Made by a program: the position numbers and the translations under genes
Shown: one piece after another, positions 16,720 through 25,836 of the stretch
Layout of the letters: every line of letters starts with the position of its first letter
Numbering within the stretch: position 1 is the first letter of the stretch
Notes under the pieces: model-generated
Database searches by the model: none
What the model was told of the DNA's origin: nothing
Seen by the model: only the letters and a program-made list of their open reading frames with translations
Origin: Bacillota bacterium
Lineage (GTDB): Bacteria > Bacillota > Sulfobacillia > RBS10-35 > JAJYVN01
DNA length: 56,384 nt
Reading direction: 5' to 3'
Assembly: GCA_021791815.1 (NCBI GenBank)
Contig: JAJYVV010000001.1
Coordinates: 1 to 56,384, forward strand

Positions 16720-18621
16720 CTACCCGGCGGCCTCCCGCTCCAGGAAGCGGAACTGGGCCTGCAGCAACTCGGCGTAAATGCCGGCGCGGTCGAGCAGTTC
16801 GTCGTGCGTGCCCGCCTCCACGATCCGGCCGTGGTCGAAGACCAGGATGCGGTCGGCCTGGCGGATCGTGGACAGCCGGTGCGCGACGACGAAGGACGTG
16901 CGGCCCTGGAGCAGGCGGCTCAGCGCGCGCTGGATGACCAACTCCGTCTGCGTGTCGATGCTGCTCGTCGCCTCGTCGAGGATGAGGATGCGGGGATCCG
17001 CGAGCAGCGCCCGGGCGAAGGAGAGCAGCTGCCTCTGGCCCACGGAGAAGCGGCTGCCGCGCTCCTGGACCTCGGTGTCGTAGCCCTGCGGCAGCCGGCT
17101 GATGAAGTCGTGCGCGGACACGGCCCGGGCGGCCGCCTCGATCTCCTCGTCGGTCGCGTCCAGCCGCCCGTAGCGCAGGTTCTCGCGCACGGTGCCCGAG
17201 AAGATGATGGTGTCCTGCAGCACGACGCCGATCTGCCGGCGCAGGGACGCGAGGTCGGTCTCGCGGATGTCCCGGCCGTCGACGAGTATCCGCCCCTCCT
17301 GCGGATCGTAGAAACGCGTGAGGAGGGTGATGACCGAGGTCTTGCCCGCGCCCGTGTGGCCCACCAGGGCGACCGTCTGCCCGGGCTGCGCCTCGAAGCT
17401 CACCCCGTCCAGCGCGCGGCGCCTGCCGTCGTACGAGAACACGACGTCGCGAAACTCCACGGCCCCGCGCACCGCCGGCAGCGGCGCCGCCCCCGCGGGC
17501 GACACGACGCGGATGGGGTGGTCGATGAACTGGAAGATCCGCTCCGCCGACGCCATCGCCATCAGCAGCGAGTTGTACAGGTTGCCGAGCATGGAGATCG
17601 GCGACCAGAACGCGGCCACGTATTGGACGAAGGTCACGACCAGCCACGCCTGGATCGCGCCGGTGCGGACGAGGTGGGCGCCGTACCAGAAGACGATGCC
17701 CGTCCCCACCGCGCCGGTCAGGGTCACCGTGGGTCCGAACAGGGACGACCACATCTGGGCCAGGCGCCAACTGTCGTAGTACCGGCGGTTCATGACCTGG
17801 AAGAAGCGCCGGTTCTCGGTCTCCTGGGTGAACGCCTGGGTGACGCGGATGCCCTGGATGGCCTCGTTCAGATGGGAGTTGATGCGCGTGAGCCGCACGC
17901 GCACCCGCTGCCACGAGACGCGGATCTTGCGCCGCAGGCCCGTGGACAAAAACAGCATGGCCGGAATGACCGCGAAACAGGCCAGGGCCAGGTTGGGACG
18001 CAGCACCAGCATCGCGACGATGATGCCGACGAGCAGGAAGACGTTGCTGAGCAGGGTGACGATGCCGTTGGTGAACAGGTCGTTGAGGGCGTTGACGTCG
18101 TTGGTGACGCGCACCAGCACGCTGCCCACCGAGCGCGCGTCGAAGAAGTCGAGCGACAGGTCCTGGATGTGGCCGTAGAGGTGGCGGCGCAGGTCGACGA
18201 GCACGTTCTGCCCGAGCCGCGTCGTCAGGCGGGTCTGGCCCCACGAGCACACCCAGTTGACCAGGAACGAGGCGAGGTAAGCCGCCGCGTAGAGGTCGAG
18301 GCGACGCACCCAGGCGGCGAGGTTGCCGTGGCCGAGGGCCGCCTCGATCACGGCCACCGACCGGCCGAGCAGGATGGGCCGCACGAGTTGCGTCGCCGCG
18401 CCGAGGACCGTGAGCGCCGTCGCCAGGGCGGCCAGGCCGCCGTATGGCCGCGTGTACGCGAGCAGGCGGCGCATCATGCCCCAGTCGAAGGGGCGGTCGA
18501 TCTCCTCCTCGTCGCGGTAGCGGAAGCGCTCCGGGCCCGGGGCGGGCGCGGGCACCGCGCCCAGCCAGCGCCCGACGGCGGCGGCCGCGCGGGCCCCGGC
18601 CCCGCCGCCCTCACTCGGCAC
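16720..18621 (-). CDS. ABC exporter, fused permease/ATPase subunit (consensus Walker B, degenerate signature)
   Basis: Type I exporter TMD followed by an NBD. Walker A is GHTGAGKTS, the signature is FSVGQRQ, and Walker B is ILILDEATSSID. The GTG start overlaps the upstream ABC gene's stop by 11 nt. Confidence 0.9.
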   Translation of the reverse strand: MPSEGGGAGARAAAAVGRWLGAVPAPAPGPERFRYRDEEEIDRPFDWGMMRRLLAYTRPYGGLAALATALTVLGAATQLVRPILLGRSVAVIEAALGHGNLAAWVRRLDLYAAAYLASFLVNWVCSWGQTRLTTRLGQNVLVDLRRHLYGHIQDLSLDFFDARSVGSVLVRVTNDVNALNDLFTNGIVTLLSNVFLLVGIIVAMLVLRPNLALACFAVIPAMLFLSTGLRRKIRVSWQRVRVRLTRINSHLNEAIQGIRVTQAFTQETENRRFFQVMNRRYYDSWRLAQMWSSLFGPTVTLTGAVGTGIVFWYGAHLVRTGAIQAWLVVTFVQYVAAFWSPISMLGNLYNSLLMAMASAERIFQFIDHPIRVVSPAGAAPLPAVRGAVEFRDVVFSYDGRRRALDGVSFEAQPGQTVALVGHTGAGKTSVITLLTRFYDPQEGRILVDGRDIRETDLASLRRQIGVVLQDTIIFSGTVRENLRYGRLDATDEEIEAAARAVSAHDFISRLPQGYDTEVQERGSRFSVGQRQLLSFARALLADPRILILDEATSSIDTQTELVIQRALSRLLQGRTSFVVAHRLSTIRQADRILVFDHGRIVEAGTHDELLDRAGIYAELLQAQFRFLEREAAG

Positions 18622-20521
18622 CGCCGGCCACCTCCCGCCTGAGGGACCGCCCGCGCAGGGCGTCCCGGTCCCGGAACTGCACGTCGAAGATCTCGCGGTA
18701 CAGGCCGCCGCGCCGGAGCAGGTCCTCGTGGCGGCCCCGCTCCACCACGGCCCCGCCGTCGAGCACGATGATCTCGTCCGCCCGGCGCACCGAGCTCAGC
18801 CGGTGGGCGATGATGAAGGTCGTGCGGCCGGCCATCGCCGCCTCCAGCGCGCTCTGGATCTCGAACTCCGTCTCCAGGTCGACGCTGGATGTCGCGTCGT
18901 CGAAGATCAGGATGCGCGGGTCGTACAGCAGGGCGCGCGCGATGGCGACCCGCTGCCGCTGACCTCCCGACAGGCCGAGGCCGCGCTCCCCGACCGTCGT
19001 CTCGTAGCCCTCGGGGAGCTCCATGATGAAGTCGTCGGCCTGCGCCATGCGCGCCGCCCGGCGCACATCCTCCAGGGTCGCGTCCCGGCGCCCGTAGCTG
19101 ACGTTCTCAAAGATCGAGGCGGAGAACAGGAACGTCTCGCCCGGCACCACGCCGATCTGGCGGCGCAGGCTCTGCAGCGTCCACTCGCGCACGTCGCGGC
19201 CGTCCACCAGCACCCTGCCCTGCTGGCACTCGTAGAAGCGGGGGATCAGGTTCACCACCGTGCTCTTGCCGGCGCCGGTCGGCCCGACCAGCGCCACCAC
19301 CTGTCCGGGCTTCGCCTCCAGCGAGACGCCGGAGAGGGCAGGGCGGCCGCCCTGCCCCGGATAGCGCACGGTCACGTTCTCGATCCGGACGTGCCCGCGC
19401 GCCTGGGACGGGTCGAGCACCGCCGCCCCGGGCCGGTCCCGCACCGCGTCCGGGGTCTCCAGGATCTCCAGGAGGCGGACCTCCGCCGCGGCGGATTGCG
19501 CGAAGAGGTTCACGAGGAACCCGAGCTGTTGCGTCGGGCCGGTGAGGTAGCCGAGGAGGCCGAAGAAGGCCACCAGGGCCCCGAGGGAGGCATGGCCGTG
19601 CATCACCTGCAGGCCGCCGTACCAGATGAGGATGACCGCCGACAGGTTGCCGAGGAGCTGCATCAGGGGGATGTACGTGGCCTGGTACCCGCCGGCGTCG
19701 ACGTTGCGCCGGCCGAATTCGAGGTTCGCCTCCTGGAACTTCGCCATCTCGAACGGTTCCCGGGCGAACGTCCGCACGACGCGCACGGCCATGATGTTCT
19801 CCTGCACGACCGTCTGGAGGCGGGAGGCGGCCTGCCGGATGCGGGTGTACACGGGGCGCACCCGATCGTCGAAGCGCAGCACGGCGACGATCAGGAACGG
19901 CATGAACACCAGGGTCAGCAGCGTCAGGCGGGCGTCCAGGGTGAACATGACCACCAGGCCGAAGGCCACGTTGAACACGAAGTTGAAGCCGCTGATCAGG
20001 CCCTGGCTCAGATACATGCGCCAGGCCTCGACGTCGCCCGTCAGGCGCTGCATGAGGTTGCCCGTGTGCTCACGGTCGTAGTATTCGAATCCGTGGTACT
20101 GCAACCGCGCATACAGCGCCTGGCGCAGGGTGAACGTGGCCTTCTGGCCGAACAGACCGCTCAGGTAGCCCTGCAGGAAGTTGAAGGTCCCGCCGACCAG
20201 GGCGAGGCTCGGTATGGCGGGCACGATCCAGCGCAGCTCGCCCCAGCGGTGCGCGCCCAGCACCCCGTTGAAGAGGGCGGCCGTCAGGTACGGCACGACC
20301 ATGTTCGTCGCCGTGAGGCACGCCAGCGCCAGGACGGCCACATACAGCGTCCAGCGGAAGGCCGTGCAGTGGGCCCGCAGCTTACCGAACATCCACATCG
20401 TCCGGGTGATCGACCCTCCCCTGGATGGACCGGGGCCGGTTCCGGGGGCGCCGGCGGCCGGCGCCTGCCCGGGGCATACGGCCGCGAGCGGGGGCTCCCT
20501 TCCGGAACCCGTGCGCTCCAT
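18611..20521 (-). CDS. ABC exporter, fused permease/ATPase subunit (degenerate Walker B, consensus signature)
   Basis: Walker A is GPTGAGKST, the signature is LSGGQRQR, and Walker B is ILIFDDATSSVD (Asp replaces the catalytic Glu). The start is uncertain (ATG 20521 or ATG 20398, MWMFGKLR..). Confidence 0.9.
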   Translation of the reverse strand: MERTGSGREPPLAAVCPGQAPAAGAPGTGPGPSRGGSITRTMWMFGKLRAHCTAFRWTLYVAVLALACLTATNMVVPYLTAALFNGVLGAHRWGELRWIVPAIPSLALVGGTFNFLQGYLSGLFGQKATFTLRQALYARLQYHGFEYYDREHTGNLMQRLTGDVEAWRMYLSQGLISGFNFVFNVAFGLVVMFTLDARLTLLTLVFMPFLIVAVLRFDDRVRPVYTRIRQAASRLQTVVQENIMAVRVVRTFAREPFEMAKFQEANLEFGRRNVDAGGYQATYIPLMQLLGNLSAVILIWYGGLQVMHGHASLGALVAFFGLLGYLTGPTQQLGFLVNLFAQSAAAEVRLLEILETPDAVRDRPGAAVLDPSQARGHVRIENVTVRYPGQGGRPALSGVSLEAKPGQVVALVGPTGAGKSTVVNLIPRFYECQQGRVLVDGRDVREWTLQSLRRQIGVVPGETFLFSASIFENVSYGRRDATLEDVRRAARMAQADDFIMELPEGYETTVGERGLGLSGGQRQRVAIARALLYDPRILIFDDATSSVDLETEFEIQSALEAAMAGRTTFIIAHRLSSVRRADEIIVLDGGAVVERGRHEDLLRRGGLYREIFDVQFRDRDALRGRSLRREVAGGAE

Positions 20522-20560
20522 CGGCCGGGCGCGGCGATGCGGGAAGGCGGGCCGCGGGCG

Positions 20561-21166
20561 TCAGGCCAGGTGCCGGCAGTCGTTGCACGAGACGACGCGC
20601 ACTCCGCCGCCGGGAGGCCACGCCAGGTGGTTCACGCAGGCGTTGCCCTGGTCGATCGCCACGGTGCCGTCCTGGGGCGCGCCGAGGCACCGGCGGATGA
20701 TGTAGCCGTTGAACGTGCCGTGGCCGAACAGCGCCACCCGTCCCCCATCCCCGAACGCGGCGCGGAGGCGGTCGAGCAGGCGCGCCGCGCGCGCCGCCGC
20801 CTGCGCCCACGTCTCGTCGCCGGGGTGGCCCGGCCACGGCATACCGGCATCGAAGACCGCGTCGGGAAACCGGGCGCGGAGCCGGGACACGGGCCAGCCG
20901 TCCCCGGGATGGGCGCGGTGGGCCTCCGCCGCGTCCGCCCACACGAGCCACGGCGCGCGACACCGCGCGACCGCGGGCCGAGCGGTCTCGAGCGACCGAA
21001 CGAGCGGGCTCGAGAGGAGGACCGTGGGCTCCAGCCGGGCCACCGCCTCGGCGAGCCGCTCCGCCTGCCTGCGCCCCAGCGCCGTCAACTCCGGGTCCGG
21101 CACGTGGCGCTCCCGCGGCAGCGTGTTGTTCTCGGACTCCCCGTGCCGCAGGAGGAAGAGGTGCAC
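20561..21166 (-). CDS. histidine phosphatase family protein (second paralogue)
   Basis: N-terminal LFLLRHGESENN (RHG motif), with ..SSPLVRSLETA.. and ..LFGHGTF.. The GTG start immediately follows the TAG of the upstream small ORF. Confidence 0.85.
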   Translation of the reverse strand: MHLFLLRHGESENNTLPRERHVPDPELTALGRRQAERLAEAVARLEPTVLLSSPLVRSLETARPAVARCRAPWLVWADAAEAHRAHPGDGWPVSRLRARFPDAVFDAGMPWPGHPGDETWAQAAARAARLLDRLRAAFGDGGRVALFGHGTFNGYIIRRCLGAPQDGTVAIDQGNACVNHLAWPPGGGVRVVSCNDCRHLA

Positions 21167-21439
21167 CTAGCGGCGGTGCTCCACGTCGAGCCAGGCGCCG
21201 AAGCGGCCCCGGCCGAGCGTGATGTGGAACGTGCCACCGAGGGTGGAGGCGACGGCCAGCGGCACGCCGGCCACCTCCAGGCGCTCGTCGCCCGGTTCGG
21301 CGGCCGGGGCGGGCGCCGCCACCGCGCGCCGCAGTCCGCAGCTGCCGACCGCGATGCGCAGCACCGTATTGCGGGGTCCTCCCCCGAGCGGCGCGGCCGC
21401 GAGGAGCGCGCGGGCCTCCTCCAGGGCTTCGGGGCTCAT
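21167..21439 (-). CDS. small hypothetical protein (90 aa)
   Basis: Start trimmed to ATG 21439 (GGAG 9 nt upstream): MSPEALEEARALLAAAPLGGGPRNTVLRIAVGSCGLRR..ERLEVAGVPLAVAS..FHITLGRGRFGAWLDVEH. It is directly abutted to the phosphatase gene. The alternating beta-strand pattern is vaguely HesB/IscA-like but not assignable. Confidence 0.5.
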   Translation of the reverse strand: MSPEALEEARALLAAAPLGGGPRNTVLRIAVGSCGLRRAVAAPAPAAEPGDERLEVAGVPLAVASTLGGTFHITLGRGRFGAWLDVEHRR

Positions 21440-21670
21440 CGTCACGCGCTCCACAGCCGCTCCGCCGCCTGGGCGGCGGAGCGGGGGCGCGCGGCCAGCC
21501 CGATGGGCCGCACCGGCGACGGACACCTCCCTCGGCGGAACCGTGGGCCGGGTCTCCGGACCCGGGGCCCGCCCCGGCCGCGATCATCACCCACGGCCCC
21601 TGCCGGCGCAAGCCCCCGCCGACATTGGCCGGGCCGTCCGGAGCCGCGCGGGCGGCGCCGCCGCCCGCGG

Positions 21671-23143
21671 CTACGGTCCGCGCGCCGCGAGCCCGCGCAC
21701 CGCGTCCCCGGCGGCCGACAGGTTCGCCAGCCGCATCTCGGAGTACTTGCGCGACAGCACCACGCCCGCCGCGCCGCCGGCGAAGGCCGCCTCCACGGCG
21801 GCCCGGACGTCGTCCGGCGTCGTCTTCTTCTGGCCCGCGCCCGTGGGGATGTCGATGTCGATCCCGGGATAGATGCTCGTGCGTCCGCTGCCGCCGCACG
21901 AGGGCGACACGAGGGCGACCGCACGCGCCGTCTCCCGGCGCACGTACTCCGCGGACCACCCGTGCCGCGCCACCGCATCGAGGTCGGTCTCCTCGTCGAC
22001 GCCCAAGACCGCATACATCCACGCGACCGTGTCGCGCGGCGCGGCATCGGCGAGGAACAGGCGGTGCAGTCCCTGGAGGTGTCCCACCCAGCGCGGGCCC
22101 GCGCAGTTGTTGTAGGCCACCAGCTTCAGGAAGTCCGCGTGGTGGCTGAACGCGGCGATGTCCTGCGTGGCCCGGTAGAAGGGGGAGAAGGAGTTGAGAT
22201 GCATGATGTGCCACCCGAAGGTCGAGCGCCCGCGCCCCACGCCGCGCACCAGGCCGTGGGCCGCCCGCAGGAAGTCGTTCTGGCCCTCGTGCCACAGCGC
22301 GTCCCAGCCGAGCAGCTCCGGATAGCGGAGCAGCAGGCGCCAGAACGAGACGAAGTACCCGTCGGGGGGCCGGTCCGCGGCGCCCGCGCGGCCGGCGAGG
22401 TGTTCCAGCTCCGCGAATCCCGCACGGGCGCGGTCGGCGTCGAGGCCGCGCTCGCGCGCCGCGGCCAGGCAATGCGGGCAGAAGCACGTGGAAGCCGCGT
22501 ACTCGGACCAGCGCATCAGGGCCGCCTGCAAAGGCCCGTGCCGCTCGGAGCACCAGGCCACCCCGTCCACCCCGTAGGCGGCCACGCGCTCTTCGATCAG
22601 TCCCAGGTGCCAGGCGCGGTAGTCGGGATGGCGCAGGCAGGGCCGCCCGGCGAGGCGGCCGCGGTGGTCGACCTCGAGGCAGCGCCAGAACCCCGGGATG
22701 TTCTGGAGCTGCGGGCCGTACGAACTCTCTTCGATCCAGGAATAGACCGCCAGCCCCCGGGCGCGGGCCGCCGGTAGGACCGCCTCGAGGAGGTCCAGGC
22801 CCGGATGTTCCGGCGCGGCGAAGGCCTCGGGGCGGATGAAGGTGCCGCCGTAGTACTCCGGCCGGGCGCGGGCGTAGTTGCCCCCGATCCAGCCCGGGTC
22901 GTGCTCCTGCGCCCCGTGGTCCGGGAGCGGCTGGCCGGGCACCTGCCGGCCGCCCGTGCCGCGCGTGTACGTGAAGTCGGCGAGAAACAGGGCGTTGACG
23001 GCGCCACGCGCCTGCAGGGTCTCCAGGCAGCCTTCCACGCCCTCGTCGACGAAGGAGACGGCGCCCACCTGGATGGCGACCAGCGGCGCCGGGGCCGCCC
23101 GTCCGGCGGGACCGGGGATGGCCGCCGAGGATGGGTCCGCCAC
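21671..23143 (-). CDS. uncharacterised TIM-barrel, glycoside-hydrolase-like protein
   Basis: GTG start with GGAGG 7 nt upstream, 42 bp downstream of the MFS gene. Good coding character over 490 aa. The ..TCFCPHCLAAARERGLD.. motif resembles GHL10/DUF187-type putative glycosidases; the family call is tentative. Confidence 0.65.
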   Translation of the reverse strand: MADPSSAAIPGPAGRAAPAPLVAIQVGAVSFVDEGVEGCLETLQARGAVNALFLADFTYTRGTGGRQVPGQPLPDHGAQEHDPGWIGGNYARARPEYYGGTFIRPEAFAAPEHPGLDLLEAVLPAARARGLAVYSWIEESSYGPQLQNIPGFWRCLEVDHRGRLAGRPCLRHPDYRAWHLGLIEERVAAYGVDGVAWCSERHGPLQAALMRWSEYAASTCFCPHCLAAARERGLDADRARAGFAELEHLAGRAGAADRPPDGYFVSFWRLLLRYPELLGWDALWHEGQNDFLRAAHGLVRGVGRGRSTFGWHIMHLNSFSPFYRATQDIAAFSHHADFLKLVAYNNCAGPRWVGHLQGLHRLFLADAAPRDTVAWMYAVLGVDEETDLDAVARHGWSAEYVRRETARAVALVSPSCGGSGRTSIYPGIDIDIPTGAGQKKTTPDDVRAAVEAAFAGGAAGVVLSRKYSEMRLANLSAAGDAVRGLAARGP

Positions 23144-23185
23144 GCGCTCGCCTCCGTTGCCCTGGGCCGTTCGCCGGGCCCCTGC

Positions 23186-24454
23186 TCAGCGCACGCCGCG
23201 GATCTTCCACACCAGCGCGGAGCCGCAGAACGCGTACAGGGCGGTCGCCCCGAAGATCAGGCGGTAGGGGAGCGCTCCCCCGGCCGGCAGAAGCAGGAAG
23301 ACGATCCCCCCGATGACGGGGGCGATGACCTGGGGCAGCGTCGTGCCCATGCCCCAGAAGCCCATGTCCCGGGCGACGCCCGCGGCGTCGGGCAGCACGT
23401 CGGTGACCAGCGCCCAGTCGACGGAGATATACGCGCCGTAACCGAGCCCGAAGACGGCCCCGACCGCGAGGATGGGCACGAGGCCCCGCGCGAGGAGGAA
23501 GGCCAGGGCGCCCACCCCCATCAGGGCACCGGCCGCGCAGACGATCGTGCGGCGGCCGACCGCGTCGGAGCGGCGGCCGGCCCACACGGTGGAGAACGCG
23601 GCGGCGAGAATCGTGACCGCGACCGTGTACGAGGTGGCCGTCACGTAATCGCGCACGCCCGCCACGTCGCGGAGGTAGTACGAGAGGTAGGTCAGCAGCG
23701 TGTAAAAGCCGAGCATGACCAACCCCCGGGTCACGACCACCCAGACGAAGTCGCGATAGCGCCCCGGCCTCCGCGCGGAGCCGGCGGGCGGAGCCGGCGC
23801 GGCGCCCCCTGCGACGACCCGGCCCTCGGGCAGCCCCCACACGGTCACGGCGACCCCGCCGAGCAGGATGGCGGCCAGCAGGGCGAGCAGGTAACGGTAG
23901 GTGCTCCCGTGCACCAGGAAGACGGAGCCGATCGCGCCGACCAGCGCACCCACGCTCGACATGAGGCCCAGGAAGCCGCTCGCCCGGCCCCGCCCTTCGG
24001 GCGGCGCGATCTCCGGGATGTAGGCCTGGTAGGCCGCCAGCGCCGTGTTGTAAGCGAGTTGGAGTAGGAGGACGGCCGCCAGGAGGGCCGGAAACCCGGA
24101 GGCGAAGGCGAGCCAGCAGAGGGCGGCCGCCCCGGCGACTCCGCCGCCGAGGACGTAGGGGCGCCGGCGGCCGAAGGCGGTGCGGGTGCGGTCCGAGGCC
24201 CAACCCGCGACCGGGTGCACGGCGGTGGCGAGCAGCGTGCCCAGGGTCGTGAGCAGGCTCAGGGCCACGGCCTTGCGCGCGTCGCCGACCGCCTGGAGGA
24301 CCAGGAACGGCAGCAGGACGGCGGACAGCGACTCCCAGACGGCGTTGCCGGCGAACCAGAGGCCGGCCAGACGCAGCTGGTCGCCCAGGCGGCCCGCGTC
24401 GAAGGGTCGGGGCGCGGACCGGGGGCGGGGCAGCTGCAACCCCTCGGCCGCCAT
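23186..24454 (-). CDS. MFS transporter
   Basis: Start trimmed to ATG 24454 (GGGGAGGAGGGG upstream). About 12 hydrophobic segments. Loop motifs typical of MFS are present (..SDRTRTAFGRRRPY.., ..GRRSDAVGRR..). Confidence 0.85.
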   Translation of the reverse strand: MAAEGLQLPRPRSAPRPFDAGRLGDQLRLAGLWFAGNAVWESLSAVLLPFLVLQAVGDARKAVALSLLTTLGTLLATAVHPVAGWASDRTRTAFGRRRPYVLGGGVAGAAALCWLAFASGFPALLAAVLLLQLAYNTALAAYQAYIPEIAPPEGRGRASGFLGLMSSVGALVGAIGSVFLVHGSTYRYLLALLAAILLGGVAVTVWGLPEGRVVAGGAAPAPPAGSARRPGRYRDFVWVVVTRGLVMLGFYTLLTYLSYYLRDVAGVRDYVTATSYTVAVTILAAAFSTVWAGRRSDAVGRRTIVCAAGALMGVGALAFLLARGLVPILAVGAVFGLGYGAYISVDWALVTDVLPDAAGVARDMGFWGMGTTLPQVIAPVIGGIVFLLLPAGGALPYRLIFGATALYAFCGSALVWKIRGVR

Positions 24455-24738
24455 CGACTGCGGCCCCTCCTCCCCGCGGGCGCGCCGCCGGCCCACGCGT
24501 GGCGCGGACGCGCTCCGGCGGAGGCGTTCGCGGCGCGCGCGCGGGACCCTGCGTCCGCGCAGCTCTCGGTTGCCGCGGCGGGGAACCCGGGCGGCGGCGG
24601 GGACGTCCAGTGGCCGGGCGGCGAGCGCCGGGGCCGCAAAGGCGGTACGCTCCGGGGGGCGGGCGCTGCGCCGGGGCAGCCTCGGGAAGCAGGACACGCC
24701 CCGGGGGACGGGCGGCCGATGGGGAGGGCTCGCCGGAC

Positions 24739-25659
24739 ATGGCCGAGCGTGCGCTGGACGTGGTCACGGGGGCGTTCTCGTACACCGGCCGGCACATCGC
24801 CTCCCGGCTGCTGGCGGCCGGCCGGGAGGTGCGGACCCTGACGGGGCACCCCGAGCGCGAGGACCCATTCGGCGGCCGCGTCCTGGCGCTGCCCTACCGG
24901 TTCGACGACCCGGCCGCGATGGCCCGCAGCCTGGAGGGCGCCGAGACCCTGTACAACACGTACTGGGTCCGTTTCGCCCGCGGGGGGCGAAGCCACGACC
25001 GCGCCGTGCACGACAGCGAGGTGCTCTTCGCCGCGGCCGCGGCGGCGGGCGTGCGGCGCATCGTGCACGTCAGCATCACCGGCGCCGACCCGGCGTCGCC
25101 CCTGCCCTACTTCCGCGGCAAGGGCAGGGTCGAAGCGGCGCTCCGGGCCTGCGGCCCGGACTTCGCCATCGTCCGCCCGACGCTGGTCTTCGGGCACGGC
25201 GACGTGTTGCTGCACAACATCGCGTGGGCGCTGCGCCGCCTTCCCGCCTTCGCGCTGTTCGGCGACGGGGCGTATCCCGTCCAACCGGTGCACGTCGACG
25301 ACGTGGCGGAACTGGCGGTGCGCCTGGGGCGCGAGGGCGCGGGCGCCGCGGCGGACGCCGTGGGCCCCGAGACCTACACCTACCGCGACCTGGTCGCCCG
25401 CGTCGCCGAGGCGATCGGGCGCCGGGTGCCGCTGGTTCCGCTGCCGCCGGGCCTGGCCTGGGCCGGGGCCGCCGCCGTCGGGGTGGTCGTTCGGGACGTG
25501 GTCGTGACCCGGGACGAGATCGCGGGGCTCATGGCCGGCCTGCTCGTCTCCCGCCAAGCGCCGACGGGCGGCAGCCGGCTGAGCGAATGGCTGCGCGCGA
25601 ACGCGCCGACCCTGGGCCTGCGCTGGGTTTCGGAGATCCGCCGGCATTACGCGCCCTGA
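24739..25659 (+). CDS. NAD(P)-binding NmrA/atypical SDR family protein
   Basis: ATG 24739 with GGGGAGGG 10 nt upstream. N-terminal VVTGAFSYTGRHIASRLL Rossmann motif. ..RIVHVSITGA.. and ..FAIVRPTLVFG.. are typical of NDUFA9/NmrA-like proteins. Confidence 0.8.
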   Translation: MAERALDVVTGAFSYTGRHIASRLLAAGREVRTLTGHPEREDPFGGRVLALPYRFDDPAAMARSLEGAETLYNTYWVRFARGGRSHDRAVHDSEVLFAAAAAAGVRRIVHVSITGADPASPLPYFRGKGRVEAALRACGPDFAIVRPTLVFGHGDVLLHNIAWALRRLPAFALFGDGAYPVQPVHVDDVAELAVRLGREGAGAAADAVGPETYTYRDLVARVAEAIGRRVPLVPLPPGLAWAGAAAVGVVVRDVVVTRDEIAGLMAGLLVSRQAPTGGSRLSEWLRANAPTLGLRWVSEIRRHYAP

Positions 25660-25836
25660 TCCGGCGCGGGGGGCCCGGCCCCCGGCTGCGGCCGGCGGCG
25701 GTCCGAAGGACAAGATGCTAAGATCCGCGACCGGCGGCGCGAAGGATGCGATCCGCCGTGTTGGCGAATTGTGTCGAAACGAGTCGGCGGCGCGCGCCCG
25801 GGACGGCGCCCCCACCCGTCCGAAGGAGGTCGACGC

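Noticed and set aside
21167-21439. Small protein considered as a CC/Se-motif or IscA/HesB family member (a second selenoprotein-type candidate)
   Set aside because: It contains only a single SCG, with no CC/CU pair, no in-frame TGA and no conserved IscA Cys triad. The resemblance is limited to the beta-strand periodicity.
20382-24797. 1471-aa ORF on the minus strand (and similar giants: 18728..22777 +, 27030..30536 -, 27128..30769 +, 33706..37050 -, 37680..40913 -, 6531..9734 +, 24259..27102 -, 42646..45642 +)
   Set aside because: These ORFs are extremely Arg/Pro/Gly/Ala-rich with no motifs. They run out of frame or antisense across several well-supported genes. They are the shadow ORFs expected when stop codons are rare at about 75% GC.
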